Below are positions 19,533 through 30,427 of a stretch of DNA of 64,000 bases, in pieces. Each line of letters opens with the position of its first letter. The stretch's first letter is position 1. Made by a program: the position numbers and the translations under genes. Under the pieces are notes generated by a model. It was given only the letters and a program-made list of their open reading frames with translations, made no database searches and had not been told where the DNA came from. The DNA is from a virus, in the IMG/VR virus record IMGVR_UViG_3300010391_000058, positions 19,490-83,489 of that record. One strand, written 5' to 3'.

Positions 19533-20534
19533 ATGAGTGATACCAAAGATAATGAAAATAAGGAACTGGCAATAGTGCCGGCAGAAACGACCCCTGCAGC
19601 ACTTCTACAGCTTGCAATACAAAAGGATCTTGATATCACAAAGCTTGAAAAGCTTATGGAGCTTCAGGAACGATGGCAGGCAGGAATAGCCCGGAAAGAT
19701 TTTCTGACTGCTATCAGTAAATTTCAATTACAGTGCCCACAATTAAAAAAATCAAAAGAAGTTGTTGTTAGAACAAAGGATGGGGGAAGCTATAAATATA
19801 AATATTCTCCACTTGGAGATATTGATGATCAGATTAAAAAGCCACTGAATGAGAATAGTCTTTCAAAGCGTTGGGAGATTAAAGATGAGGGAGATCAAAT
19901 ACTTGTAGCATGTATTATTTCACATGCTAATGGACACTCAGAGCGTACTGAAATGAGAGGGCCAAAGGATAGTAGTGGTAGTAAGAATGCGATCCAGGCA
20001 AGCGGCAGCACAGTTACTTATTTGCAGCGTTACTCTCTGATTGCAGCACTTGGCCTGAGTACGGCAGATGAAGATATTGAAGGGGCACAGCCTCCAATAC
20101 AAAAGAAAAACCAGCCAAAGCCTGAGCCTAAAAACGAAGGGCCTGTAGTTGAAATACCGGATGTATGGAAGAAAAAGGCCGCTGCCTGCAAAACTCCAGC
20201 TGATGTTGATTTGGTGATCGAAAAAAATAAGGAGACGGTGAACCGGCATAAGCCATTAAAAGATTTTCTTTTGAAAAGAAAAGACGAACTTTCAGGTAGT
20301 AGCATTGTTGACGGGCCCGCTCATCAGCTGGATGAAATACCAGAGCTGAATGCTGAAAAAGGCGGGAAGCCGGTTATTACAAATGAACAGTTTAAAAGTT
20401 CAATAAAACTAATTGAGGGAGGGGATTTGCAGGAGTATTACCGGGTGTTGGCAGATTACTTGATGGATAGAAACCAAACAACGGCCATGAAAAATGCTTA
20501 TACAATTGCTAAGGACAAAAAAAATCAGAAATGA
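19533..20534 (+). CDS. erf: ERF-family ssDNA-annealing protein
   Basis: YKYSPLGDI, H..GHSE, IQASGSTVTYLQRYSLIAALGL..DED. Confidence 0.85.
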   Translation: MSDTKDNENKELAIVPAETTPAALLQLAIQKDLDITKLEKLMELQERWQAGIARKDFLTAISKFQLQCPQLKKSKEVVVRTKDGGSYKYKYSPLGDIDDQIKKPLNENSLSKRWEIKDEGDQILVACIISHANGHSERTEMRGPKDSSGSKNAIQASGSTVTYLQRYSLIAALGLSTADEDIEGAQPPIQKKNQPKPEPKNEGPVVEIPDVWKKKAAACKTPADVDLVIEKNKETVNRHKPLKDFLLKRKDELSGSSIVDGPAHQLDEIPELNAEKGGKPVITNEQFKSSIKLIEGGDLQEYYRVLADYLMDRNQTTAMKNAYTIAKDKKNQK

Positions 20535-20974
20535 ACAGGTTAAATATTACCGATAAGGTTTTAGATAAGCTTGGTTTTTCCGAATATTGGGATGAGCATT
20601 GTACATGGGGCGGCAGGACACTGGTTTTTAGCAATGGCACGAAGTTTAGAATAATTGACCAGGAGGAAATGGATGATGATAGCCAGGGATACGCAAATAA
20701 TGGAAGGTATGTCGCTCAACACGTTTATTTTGCCGGGTGGTTTGCTATGCCTAAAGTAAACATGGTGCACCATGATTTATTTTTCTTACATGAAATGTAT
20801 GAATGTATTGAAAAATATTACCCTGCTTGTTTGCCAGAATTTTTAGAGAAGTGTAAGGCATTAAAAATGGATGGATATATAGAAGATTATTTAAAAGAAA
20901 AAAAAGTTCTTTTTCCGGGCTGGTGTTCATCCGTGGGGGAAGCAGAAAGAAACAGGGCCACAAACGATACATAA
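20531..20974 (+). CDS. Hypothetical protein
   Basis: ORF track; its 3' end overlaps a predicted RNA stem. Confidence 0.6.
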   Translation: MNRLNITDKVLDKLGFSEYWDEHCTWGGRTLVFSNGTKFRIIDQEEMDDDSQGYANNGRYVAQHVYFAGWFAMPKVNMVHHDLFFLHEMYECIEKYYPACLPEFLEKCKALKMDGYIEDYLKEKKVLFPGWCSSVGEAERNRATNDT

Positions 20975-21443
20975 GTGGTGGACTTCGAAACATGGTAATA
21001 AGATCTGAATGCCGAAGAGTATCAACGCTACCCATTCGCCTGATAATTCTGTTTCCCCACAGGTGAATGATCAAGTTCTTTAAAGTTAAAACCAGGAAAG
21101 CCTCCGTAACATAAAGTGTGCGGCTTAGCCGGAAGTGCCGGCTTTTTAAAGTTCTTTAACACCGGTTGGCTGATGATAAACCATTGAACCCTGATCCGGC
21201 CAACTAGATGCCCGGCGAAGCAATGGACTAGGGGCTGTACCTGGTATTCGTGAAGGCATGAGTTAGTAATTCTGCAGAGGAAGGATAAAGCTGCCTGAGA
21301 AAAGTGGAAGCGATTGGGCCATATCAATTCAGGACAGTGTGAAGGATTGATCGGGTTTAAAAACTAATTGTTTTCAGCAATTAACGGCGGCAATTGAGAT
21401 CTGAAGCGGGGTGAACAGTTACCATAGCCAGGGCCGGTGTTAA
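20904..21443 (+). ncRNA. Candidate structured RNA cluster
   Basis: Long-range stems 20925-20947/21047-21068 and 21156-21165/21434-21443; three AAGTTCTTT boxA-like motifs; no plausible + ORF in 20975-21470. Confidence 0.5.
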
Positions 21444-23018
21444 TTTTTAACCAGTAAAAAAGTAAATATTATGGCAGCAAAGTGGTATTACGCTCAACAG
21501 AAAAAGGCAATGGAAATTCTGAAATCAAAGTTTGAAAACTTCCCGTGTAACTTTCAAGCCTTTACTGATAACCGGATAGTAGAAAACTATACGTGTTTCA
21601 ATCCAAAGGAAGGCGCTGGTTATCCAAGTGGAACGATTATGGAGGTACATATAACCAAAGGAGCCAAGAAGCCGGTAATGGTTATTTATGAGCTCAAATT
21701 GGTGGCATCAAATTAAAAGTACTATGGAGATATTCATTCTTGTAGTCCTGATCTTGCTCACAATATTTGTGATTATAGGATTTATTGGGGCGGTAATGTC
21801 AGGGGTAGTATGGCAATCAATAGTCATGGGTATCCTTTCAGCTCTTGGAGTAATAGCTGTTATTTTCAAAATACTTCAAACTTAAATTTATGCTAACCAC
21901 AGAACAATTAATGAAGCCCAGGTATAAGGTTATTGCTTATTACCCAGGTTGCCCGTTTAATGTTGGCAATATTTTGATGCAAGCAGTAGATAATGGGAAA
22001 CTGTTTTGGAGTAAGTTGGAAACAGGGGAGTGGGGTGCACAGGTTAACGATATTCACCTTTACCCTCACCTATTCCAACCCCTCCAATGGTGGCAGGAAC
22101 GGGATGTGAAAGATATGCCGGAGTATGTAAAACACATACAAACAGGAAGGGTTTGTCGGGTGGCAGATGCTAACGAAAAGTATCCTAGTGGGTTTATGAT
22201 TGATTATCCAATGACAGAATGTTGGATTGTATATAAAGACTGTATACCGTGTACTGAAGCAGAATATCAACAATACATAAAGTCAAAACAATGAAAGCAC
22301 TTCTTATAAATAATAAGGAGATAATTCTGGATGGCGTAAAATATACTGGTTGTCCTGAATTAGAAGAGTATAAGGAATATACCATTGTTGACGAAATTCC
22401 GGCATTTTGCGGTCACGCACCTCTTTATGTAATAGAGGAAAGTGATCGTTGGTTGCTACAAATGAGATTTGTTGTTATGACTAATCGGGCTGAAGAGGAA
22501 GAAGGGATCACACTGGATGAATGGCTTTTACAAATAAAATAAAACTAGCAATATGAGTGTTTTCAGATTACCAAAAGACCTGCAACCGGGGGATATATCA
22601 ATTAATCATGGGTTATGGCCGGGGCCAAACTATAACCTGATCGAACAGATCATGAAGGATCACATGGAGAAAGCAGCCAAAAAGAAAGATGATTTTATTA
22701 AAAGTAAGATCATTGAAAAGGGATACGGTCACTTGCTTGAAGGGATCGAAAAACGGATATTTCCAAAAATTGTCTGCATAAGAGACGATAGTATGCCAAC
22801 CTGGATTTATTACTACGCTGACAATAACACGGATGAAGGTGATTTTATTGTCGCAATTCAGGATTACACTTTTGACACGAACACTGATCCGAATAATTTT
22901 GGTGTAATGATGAATTGTTCCTTTAAGTGGCAGGACACAGAGCCACTAAAAATAACCCGGAAAAACATGGCTGAATAGAATAATATTGTTAACTTCAAAC
23001 ATCTAAAAACTTCGCACC

Positions 23019-23276
23019 GTGAGCAAGAAAAAAAGGGTAACACTGAATATAAACCTTGATGATATCAGGGCTCAGTACACGGGGTTTGTTTTTCATATCT
23101 TCCGCAACGGGACTAAAAGATTATTTAGAACTGTTAAGGTGACAGGCAATACAACTATTTTTAATCTTCCTGCCGGGGAGTATTTGTTTAAGCTTATTGT
23201 CCTCCATAGGAAAAAACATTGGTGGGAGGCAAGGGTTAAAACCGAAATTAAGTCCGGATATATAGCGGTACCATGA
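23019..23276 (+). CDS. Hypothetical protein (GTG start)
   Basis: Preceded by AAAACTTCGCAC. Confidence 0.6.
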   Translation: MSKKKRVTLNINLDDIRAQYTGFVFHIFRNGTKRLFRTVKVTGNTTIFNLPAGEYLFKLIVLHRKKHWWEARVKTEIKSGYIAVP

Positions 23277-23704
23277 CTGAGTTTTTTATAGATATAGAGA
23301 ATGGCGGGATCGTACAGAAGCGGTTGATGAGGGCAAAGTTTGATGAATTGATTGATGGGGCATATAAAATAATAATTGAGAAGGGGAAAAAGCGGAGCTT
23401 AAAGCAAAATGCATACCTTCATTTCATTCTTATCCCTGAGTTCAGGAAGGCACTGAATAGTGTAGGATACCGGGTAAAAGATGATGAGCAGGCAAAGCAG
23501 ATATTCAAAGCAACGTTTTGTACCCGGCATATTGATAATGAAAATAAAGAATCTGATTTACCCCAGGTTGCATTGGTAAGGGATACAAGCTCAATGTCAA
23601 CAAAAGAGCTGTCAGAACTATTTGAAGAGGTAATCCAGTTTTGCGTTGAGCACATGAATTACCAAATTCCGTTTCCAGGCGAGAAGTTAATGCTTGATAT
23701 ATGA
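23273..23704 (+). CDS. NinB/YbcN-like recombination protein
   Basis: KRSLKQNAYLH...TSSMSTKELSELFE. Confidence 0.7.
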   Translation: MTEFFIDIENGGIVQKRLMRAKFDELIDGAYKIIIEKGKKRSLKQNAYLHFILIPEFRKALNSVGYRVKDDEQAKQIFKATFCTRHIDNENKESDLPQVALVRDTSSMSTKELSELFEEVIQFCVEHMNYQIPFPGEKLMLDI

Positions 23705-24084
23705 ACTCAGAAATTTACGATAGAATTAAGGCCGCACATGATGAAATTAAATTAGCGGAGGCGAAATTTAAGTATAGCTGCAATCCAAGTATCCGGGTGA
23801 TTATAAATCACATGTTGGCAAAGGGAGAAATGTACATGAATTATGAGAAAAACCCGGCAGAGCTGAATGTAGCTTATGATGATATCTTTAAATTCGTTTT
23901 TTTAAACAGCGTTGTTGATGATGATACGGTACAAATGGCAATGACAATAGCCAGGAACCGGGTGTATGCATTTATTGATCGGATGGCAGACGGATATTTA
24001 GAGAATAAACAAATGAAGATCTTCGATGAAACGGGGGTGCTTCCTTATCATGGTAACTAATTACTCATTATAAAAACACAACTC

Positions 24085-24834
24085 ATGGCTACAAAAGAAA
24101 AGGGTGATAAAAAAACACCCGCAAAAAAAACCGACAAACCAAAAATGAAAGCCTTAAAAGGAAAAGGCGGTGTTAATCCTGAAGAGAATGGAACTGAAGA
24201 TATTTCAGAATTCCAGGAAACTGAAAAGACAGGACGGAAATCCACCGATGATCTGCTGAAAGAGCAGGATGCTAAAAAGAAAAAGAAGGCTGGAACAACA
24301 ATTAAAAAAGTTACATTGGCTAAAAAAGGTAGCCCAGGACTATCTGTTTCATTGGAGACTATTGAATCGGATGGGTCAATTACAAAAGATCCAAATAAAT
24401 CATTTACCAGACCTGTACATCAAAACCTTAAAAATGCTATGGCCGCCTTTGCAATACACTGGTTAATACTGAATGATTATCTCAGTACCAGATCGGTACC
24501 TGATATCAAAAAATATGATCCGGCGCTGATAGAAGGGGTTAATGTATCCGGCATCAGCATTGGAGGTAACGATGGTGAGGAAGGAATAATGATCACCGGG
24601 CAAAAAACAAGCCGGAGAAAAAAATCAATTGGGATCAATACCCCATTTGAAAGGTTTGAAGAGGTGGCAGAAACCAGGTATAAGTACATGGATGATATTG
24701 AAGCTATTGTAAAGAATATCATGACCAGGGTAGATAAATACCTAAGTGGGGAAGAGGTTGGTGAGGACAACCAGATTGAAATGAAGTTTGACGAAAACCA
24801 AACTGCAGATGAAATCAATGAGCCCGTAGATTAA
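24085..24834 (+). CDS. Hypothetical protein
   Basis: Long ORF with a Lys-rich N-terminus. Confidence 0.7.
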   Translation: MATKEKGDKKTPAKKTDKPKMKALKGKGGVNPEENGTEDISEFQETEKTGRKSTDDLLKEQDAKKKKKAGTTIKKVTLAKKGSPGLSVSLETIESDGSITKDPNKSFTRPVHQNLKNAMAAFAIHWLILNDYLSTRSVPDIKKYDPALIEGVNVSGISIGGNDGEEGIMITGQKTSRRKKSIGINTPFERFEEVAETRYKYMDDIEAIVKNIMTRVDKYLSGEEVGEDNQIEMKFDENQTADEINEPVD

Positions 24835-25229
24835 TGGGTGTAAAAAAAATCATATCAAAGCAGCCTGAGCTATTTGATAAACCTGCGCTGGCAGTCATTC
24901 TCAGCATTGAGGGTGGCTGCCTTAACCGGGATGCAGGCATAGATAAAGCTGTAACCCATGCTGATAATGAAATACCCGATTGGAGCCGAAAAGCATACAT
25001 GTTTTTAATAGACAAGTATCTTAAAAATAATGACGGGGAGTTTCAATGTGAGGATGTAAGAAGCTATGCGGCCCTGGTTGACTTCCCACTTCCCCCGCAT
25101 GCACGGGCATGGGGTGGAATAATTGCGAAAGCAGCAAAGGACGGATTTATTCAGCATACAGGAATTGGGCCGGTAAGAAACGCAAAGGCCCACAGAGCAA
25201 ATGCAGCTATATGGATCAGGATAAAGTAA
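24834..25229 (+). CDS. Conserved phage hypothetical protein
   Basis: PPHARAWGG...AH motif. Confidence 0.7.
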   Translation: MGVKKIISKQPELFDKPALAVILSIEGGCLNRDAGIDKAVTHADNEIPDWSRKAYMFLIDKYLKNNDGEFQCEDVRSYAALVDFPLPPHARAWGGIIAKAAKDGFIQHTGIGPVRNAKAHRANAAIWIRIK

Positions 25230-25551
25230 TACCGGATAACACACAAAAGAAAACTTACATTCTATTGGATTGGGGTGGCAATATCGAAGATAGATGTGAA
25301 ATGACAGAGGCCCAAGCAAAGAAAGTGAATGAAGATCTTTGGACCAAAGAACCAAGGCTAATAAGATGGGCACCAATAAAATACTGAAATGGCAAACGTC
25401 AAAAAAAATCAAGGTTCACCACTTTGAGAAAGGCTGTTTATACTCTTTGGTATTATGGCTTCATAAGTGAGTTTGAAAAGGACAGTTTTAATATGCGGAT
25501 TGATACTTCAAAGAGGCAGGATAAAATCAGGAAGCAGCAAAATAAAAGGAA

Positions 25552-26244
25552 ATGAAAAAGGGAATGGGCGGGCATCAATCCGCTGACAGTCGCACAATGA
25601 ATTGGCTTACGCCTAGGGAAGTTATTATGCAGTTGGGAGAATTCGATCTTGATCCCTGCAGCCCTATTAAACGGCCCTGGGATACAGCTAAGAAGCATTA
25701 CACTATTGAGGACAACGGATTGTTATTGCCATGGATCGGGAGGGTATGGCTGAACCCGCCTTATGGTGATCAGCTGGAAGCCTGGATGAAGTTAATGGCA
25801 GCTCATAACAACGGGATCGCATTGACGTTTGCCAGGACGGATACAGATGTATTTCACCGGTACATTTTCCCTGTTGCAGACAGCATATTTTTTTTAAAAA
25901 GCCGCTTATCTTTTGTTAACTTGGGAGGGATAAAAGCAAAGTCAGATGGCGGGGCCCCTTCAGTGTTTATTGCATACGGTGAATACAATAGTCAGGTTCT
26001 TGCTGATACGAAATTTGTAGGCAAACATGTACCCTTAAACTATACACCCTTCATTGTGGTTGGTATTTCGCCAACGTGGATATCGGTGGTAACGATAGCT
26101 GTAAGGCATTGCGGGGATGCAGAGCTGAAGCCGGTTTATGATATGGTTGAACGGTTGGCACCGGATAAGGTGGCCGGCAATCAGCACTGGAAAGAAAAGA
26201 TAAGGCAACAAATTCAAATAATCAGGAAAAATGGAAGTAGGTAA
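25552..26244 (+). CDS. Phage Dam-like N6-adenine methyltransferase
   Basis: WLTP, FDLDPC, VWLNPPY, ARTDT. Confidence 0.85.
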   Translation: MKKGMGGHQSADSRTMNWLTPREVIMQLGEFDLDPCSPIKRPWDTAKKHYTIEDNGLLLPWIGRVWLNPPYGDQLEAWMKLMAAHNNGIALTFARTDTDVFHRYIFPVADSIFFLKSRLSFVNLGGIKAKSDGGAPSVFIAYGEYNSQVLADTKFVGKHVPLNYTPFIVVGISPTWISVVTIAVRHCGDAELKPVYDMVERLAPDKVAGNQHWKEKIRQQIQIIRKNGSR

Positions 26245-26742
26245 TAAAATAAGTATTTTGGAATACGATCTAGGCGAAGTCAGAGAAGCAGAAATTTTGA
26301 ATATATTTAAAGAGAACGAAGATACACGCATGGATATTATTACTTATAGATACTTTGGTAAAATTTTAAAAGTTTGGCATTATAGAATAAGAAGAAGATT
26401 TGAGTTTGAGTCTGCAATTGAGCAAGCTGAAAAATATAAATAAATGAGTATAGAGATTACAGATAATCTATTAAAGGAATTGATTGAATTATGTAAGTGC
26501 GAAGTTTCAATCTCGGTGAATACTCATCGAAATTATTATGAAACAGTAGAAGATAACTTGCGTGATGTTATTGACAATAAGGAAGTATCTGATGAGGTGT
26601 ACCAGGAAATGAAAAGAAGAGACACTGTTATTCGTGTCCAAGCTTATCCGGATACTCCAGTCGGTTTTTACTCAGCATACCATTGGGATATCAGTATAGC
26701 ACTGCAGGAAGTTATTGAATCAATTAAAGCAGAAAGGAAGTA

Positions 26743-28455
26743 ATGGGAGCTATAATTACAGAAACTCAGAAAGGTTTTGAAGTGAAGATCATTCCCTATG
26801 ACGAAGGGATAAAGAATGCATTTAAAGGCATTAAGTATTCATGGTACCGGGGCCAGGATAAGACTTGGGTTGTTCCAAAATACCAGCAAGATGAGCTTGA
26901 AAGGGTAAAAAAGAGATTGGGAATCATGAACGATCCGGTTATTGAAATGGAAGAGCAGTATGGTGTAATACCACCACATCCCGATCTTAATATTGATTTG
27001 AAATTAAAAAGGCCATTGCTTAAATTTCAGGAACCGGGAGTTGCTATAGCTATCCAATGGAAAAAATCTATTTGCGGGGATGATATGGGCCTTGCAAAAT
27101 CAAGCACAGCAATAGCAGTAGCCAAGGCGCTGAACAGTAAATGTGTCCTGGTTATCTGCACGAACCTTGCAAAATACAATTGGCAGAATGAGATTATGAT
27201 TGCTGACGGGCAAAAAAGCATGGTGATCAGCGATTCAGGAGTAAGCAGCTGGCAGCTTTATTACAAAAATGGTAATATCAAATACTTTATAGTCAACTAT
27301 GAATCGTTAAAAAAATACTTTGTTAAACCAGGCTGGAAAAAACCACCGGGCCAATTCAGGTTATCAGCTATTCCTTTCCGGGAATGCATCAGCTTATTTG
27401 ATTTTGTTATTGTAGATGAAAGTCATAATTGTGCCAACCCGGAGACACTACAGAGCCGGTTTGTCCGGGGTATTTGCAAGGATAAGCCTGCAGTAATATG
27501 TTTGACGGGCACAATCTTAACCAATAGTGTAAAGGATATCGCAAACCAGCTATTGATCGTTGACAGGCTGAAGGACGTTGTTTCTCATATACCACACCCG
27601 GTTGATCAATATGGCAGGCCAACAGACAGGGATGGATATACTAGATTCTTAAACAGGTATTGCAATGGCGGGAACGGAGAAAGCAATTTGAATGAGCTGC
27701 AGTATAGGTTACGGATGATATGTTATTTCCGGAGACAGAAGTCAGAGGTGTTGAAGGATCTGCCTGACAAGATAAGGAATGTAATGTATTGCGATATCAC
27801 AAACAGGGAAGAGTACGATAAGTTTGAAAAGGAATTCATTGCTTACCTGAAAGAGATAAAGGCCTCAAATAATCCGAATAAAAAGGCCATGCTTGCCGGG
27901 CAGATGTTGGTTAAATTAGGAGCACTCAGAGAAATAGCTGCCCGGGGAAAGATTGGAGCAGCAAAAGAGTATGTTGATCAAGTAACCAGCTCAGGGAAAA
28001 AGGTTGTGATATTCGCTCACCACAGATCAGTGATTACCGAATTAAAAAAGAATTTTGGTTCATGTTCAATAACCGGGGAAGATGATAGTGACCACCGGCA
28101 GCGGTCAATAAAAAGTTTTCAGAACAACCCAAAAGAAAATAAAATTACCTGCAGCCTGAAAGTGGCAGGTGAATCTATTACTCTTACAGCGGCTTCTGAT
28201 GTTCTTTCAGTAGAACAACCGTTGACCGATGCCCGGCTGGAGCAGTGTATTGACAGGCTTCACAGGATAGGGCAGGTAAATAAAGTTATGGCAGCTATTC
28301 TTTTGGCCCGGAAAACAGTTGATGTGTATGTATATCACAATATCATTTTAAAGAAAAGGGATTTGCTGCAGGCAGTAACCGGTGATCATGGGCAGGGCCC
28401 GGATCAGATAATTGATGATATGCTGGAATACTTTTCAAAGAGAGAAAAAGAGTAA
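26743..28455 (+). CDS. SNF2-like helicase
   Basis: DDMGLAKS (Walker A variant), DESH, LTGT, DRLHRIGQ. Confidence 0.85.
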   Translation: MGAIITETQKGFEVKIIPYDEGIKNAFKGIKYSWYRGQDKTWVVPKYQQDELERVKKRLGIMNDPVIEMEEQYGVIPPHPDLNIDLKLKRPLLKFQEPGVAIAIQWKKSICGDDMGLAKSSTAIAVAKALNSKCVLVICTNLAKYNWQNEIMIADGQKSMVISDSGVSSWQLYYKNGNIKYFIVNYESLKKYFVKPGWKKPPGQFRLSAIPFRECISLFDFVIVDESHNCANPETLQSRFVRGICKDKPAVICLTGTILTNSVKDIANQLLIVDRLKDVVSHIPHPVDQYGRPTDRDGYTRFLNRYCNGGNGESNLNELQYRLRMICYFRRQKSEVLKDLPDKIRNVMYCDITNREEYDKFEKEFIAYLKEIKASNNPNKKAMLAGQMLVKLGALREIAARGKIGAAKEYVDQVTSSGKKVVIFAHHRSVITELKKNFGSCSITGEDDSDHRQRSIKSFQNNPKENKITCSLKVAGESITLTAASDVLSVEQPLTDARLEQCIDRLHRIGQVNKVMAAILLARKTVDVYVYHNIILKKRDLLQAVTGDHGQGPDQIIDDMLEYFSKREKE

Positions 28456-29107
28456 TTATGAAAAGATATTTAATTGCAGTTGATAAACAGGTTACAACAA
28501 CAAACCGTTTGGGTAGCCCGTTAATGCTATTTGAAATTACAGACGGTGTGATTAGACTTATGTCCTCTAGGATTATTGAGGCAATGCCAACAGAATTTGC
28601 ATTTATAATGGAGGTAGAAAAAACAATTCATGATCTTAAACGACTTTATAAGTTTGAAATGAACCAGGTCTATTTATTGTCCGATTTTCCAGTTGTATTA
28701 AAGGATAGGGATGTTAAAAACAGATTCGTACTTTAAAGGTGGGAAATAATTCAACGATATCAGGATTGGAGCGAAGGGTTTTTAAATATGACAGCTCAAA
28801 GGCAGATAAAAGATTTTTTAAGCAAAAGATCGTTGATTTTGTAAGGGAAAAGCCAGATGGCAAGAGCTATACTCAGTATCTTATTGATGCAATTTGGTTA
28901 AGGAATAATAAGGGTGAGACAACAAAGTACATGTATTTCAATGACCGGATACAGCAATTATTTATTGACAGATATTTTTACAGTTGGGCTAGAAAGATGA
29001 TTGGTTTTATCGAAGAGGAAGCTGAACGTGCATACGGGAAAAATACATCGGCATAAGTGCGGAATGGATCAATTAAATGTTTAAATTTAAAGAGCAAAAA
29101 AGTTACT

Positions 29108-29623
29108 ATGCTTACTGATTATTTAAAAAAGAGACAGGAACATATTTTTGCAGGCAGGCCGTTGCGGGAAAAGAAAGTTCATACATTAAACCAGGTATCG
29201 CCAAAGACAGCTGCAAAAAAAGCCGAACAGAAAAAGGAAGAAAAAAAGAAACAAGCTAATGGAACCGGTAAACTATCGTTGAAGAAATGGTTTTTGGATA
29301 TTGAAGAAAAACATTGGTCAAGCGGAATGTGTTGTTGTATGGAATGTGGAGTAGCAATTCCAAGATCATTTGCTAAGTTCGCAACGGCTCATTTATTACC
29401 AAAGAAACTTTTTAATTCAATAAAAACACATGAGCTTAATTATCTCATATTGGGTGCCGGTTGCGGATGCCACGATAAAACAGATCGGGTAGATAAATTC
29501 AGTCAAATGAAAGTATGGCCGGAGGCAGCACGAAGGATTAAAGAAATGATACCCTTACTTCCATTTGATGAACTTAAATATTTATCAGGACAATTAATGA
29601 CAGCACTAGAAAATACGCCATGA
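29108..29623 (+). CDS. HNH-like/NinG-like nuclease
   Basis: CMECG...AHLLPK...CHD. Confidence 0.55.
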   Translation: MLTDYLKKRQEHIFAGRPLREKKVHTLNQVSPKTAAKKAEQKKEEKKKQANGTGKLSLKKWFLDIEEKHWSSGMCCCMECGVAIPRSFAKFATAHLLPKKLFNSIKTHELNYLILGAGCGCHDKTDRVDKFSQMKVWPEAARRIKEMIPLLPFDELKYLSGQLMTALENTP

Positions 29624-29997
29624 TAAACGCAAGTGAATTAAGAATCGGAAATTTTGTATTGAACGGAAACGGTAAGTATACAAAAATCACTTACCATGAA
29701 ATAAGGTACGCCCAAATTTATCCAGATAATAATTACAACCCAATTCCGCTTACCCCTGAAATATTAGAAAAAAGTGGGTTTAAAAAGATTCAGGACTCTT
29801 TTGACCGTGCGGAATGGAGTAAATTAACCACTGGTAAAATTGTGAGCCTTCAACAAGATGGAGTGCCTGGTAATTTTGAAGCCATTAAACAGCCTTTTAT
29901 TTTTAAGTGGGATTGGCTTGAAGAAGCGAAGATTCAAATTACACACTTACACCAACTTCAAAACCTTTACTTTGCATTAACAAATTCTGAATTATAG
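29620..29997 (+). CDS. Conserved Bacteroidota phage protein (ELRIGN...HQLQNLYF family)
   Basis: ELRIGN, PIPLTPEIL and HLHQLQNLYFALT motifs. Confidence 0.7.
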   Translation: MINASELRIGNFVLNGNGKYTKITYHEIRYAQIYPDNNYNPIPLTPEILEKSGFKKIQDSFDRAEWSKLTTGKIVSLQQDGVPGNFEAIKQPFIFKWDWLEEAKIQITHLHQLQNLYFALTNSEL

Positions 29998-30004
29998 TAA
30001 ACTT

Positions 30005-30427
30005 ATGAGTACAAAGGAACTAACATTTAATAGAGAAAGGTTTGCTACTGCAAGTCTTATTTACAGAAATGAAAATGAACTTACTGTAGAGAAATTCGCA
30101 GAACGAATGGGCGTTTCCAGCTATGTTATTAATGCCTACGAATTGAAGAGAAGCGGGCCCACCTTACATACTGCAATCAACTTCTGCAGGATTACAGGAA
30201 ACGATTTCTATTCTTTTATAGATGAGGGATCAAAAAAAAATCCGCAGTGTAGTTTAACCGATATTAATAAAATTGATACCGGTTGCGATTTTAATTTTAA
30301 GCCAGAAACTATTAAACTTGAAATGAAGGAAGAGAAGGGAAAGTATTTTGTAAGAATTAATGGCGGCGGGGATTGGATTGCTGCCGATTGGAACAAGGGG
30401 GAAAGCACCGTTAGAATTCATTATTAA
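30005..30427 (+). CDS. XRE-like HTH protein
   Basis: LTVEKFAERMGVSSYVINAYE. Confidence 0.7.
   Translation: MSTKELTFNRERFATASLIYRNENELTVEKFAERMGVSSYVINAYELKRSGPTLHTAINFCRITGNDFYSFIDEGSKKNPQCSLTDINKIDTGCDFNFKPETIKLEMKEEKGKYFVRINGGGDWIAADWNKGESTVRIHY

Noticed and set aside
26497-26507. Second antisense match GTGCGAAGTTT
   Set aside because: It lies inside a CDS as Lys-Cys-Glu-Val-Ser codons, with no promoter, presenting stem or terminator; probably chance.
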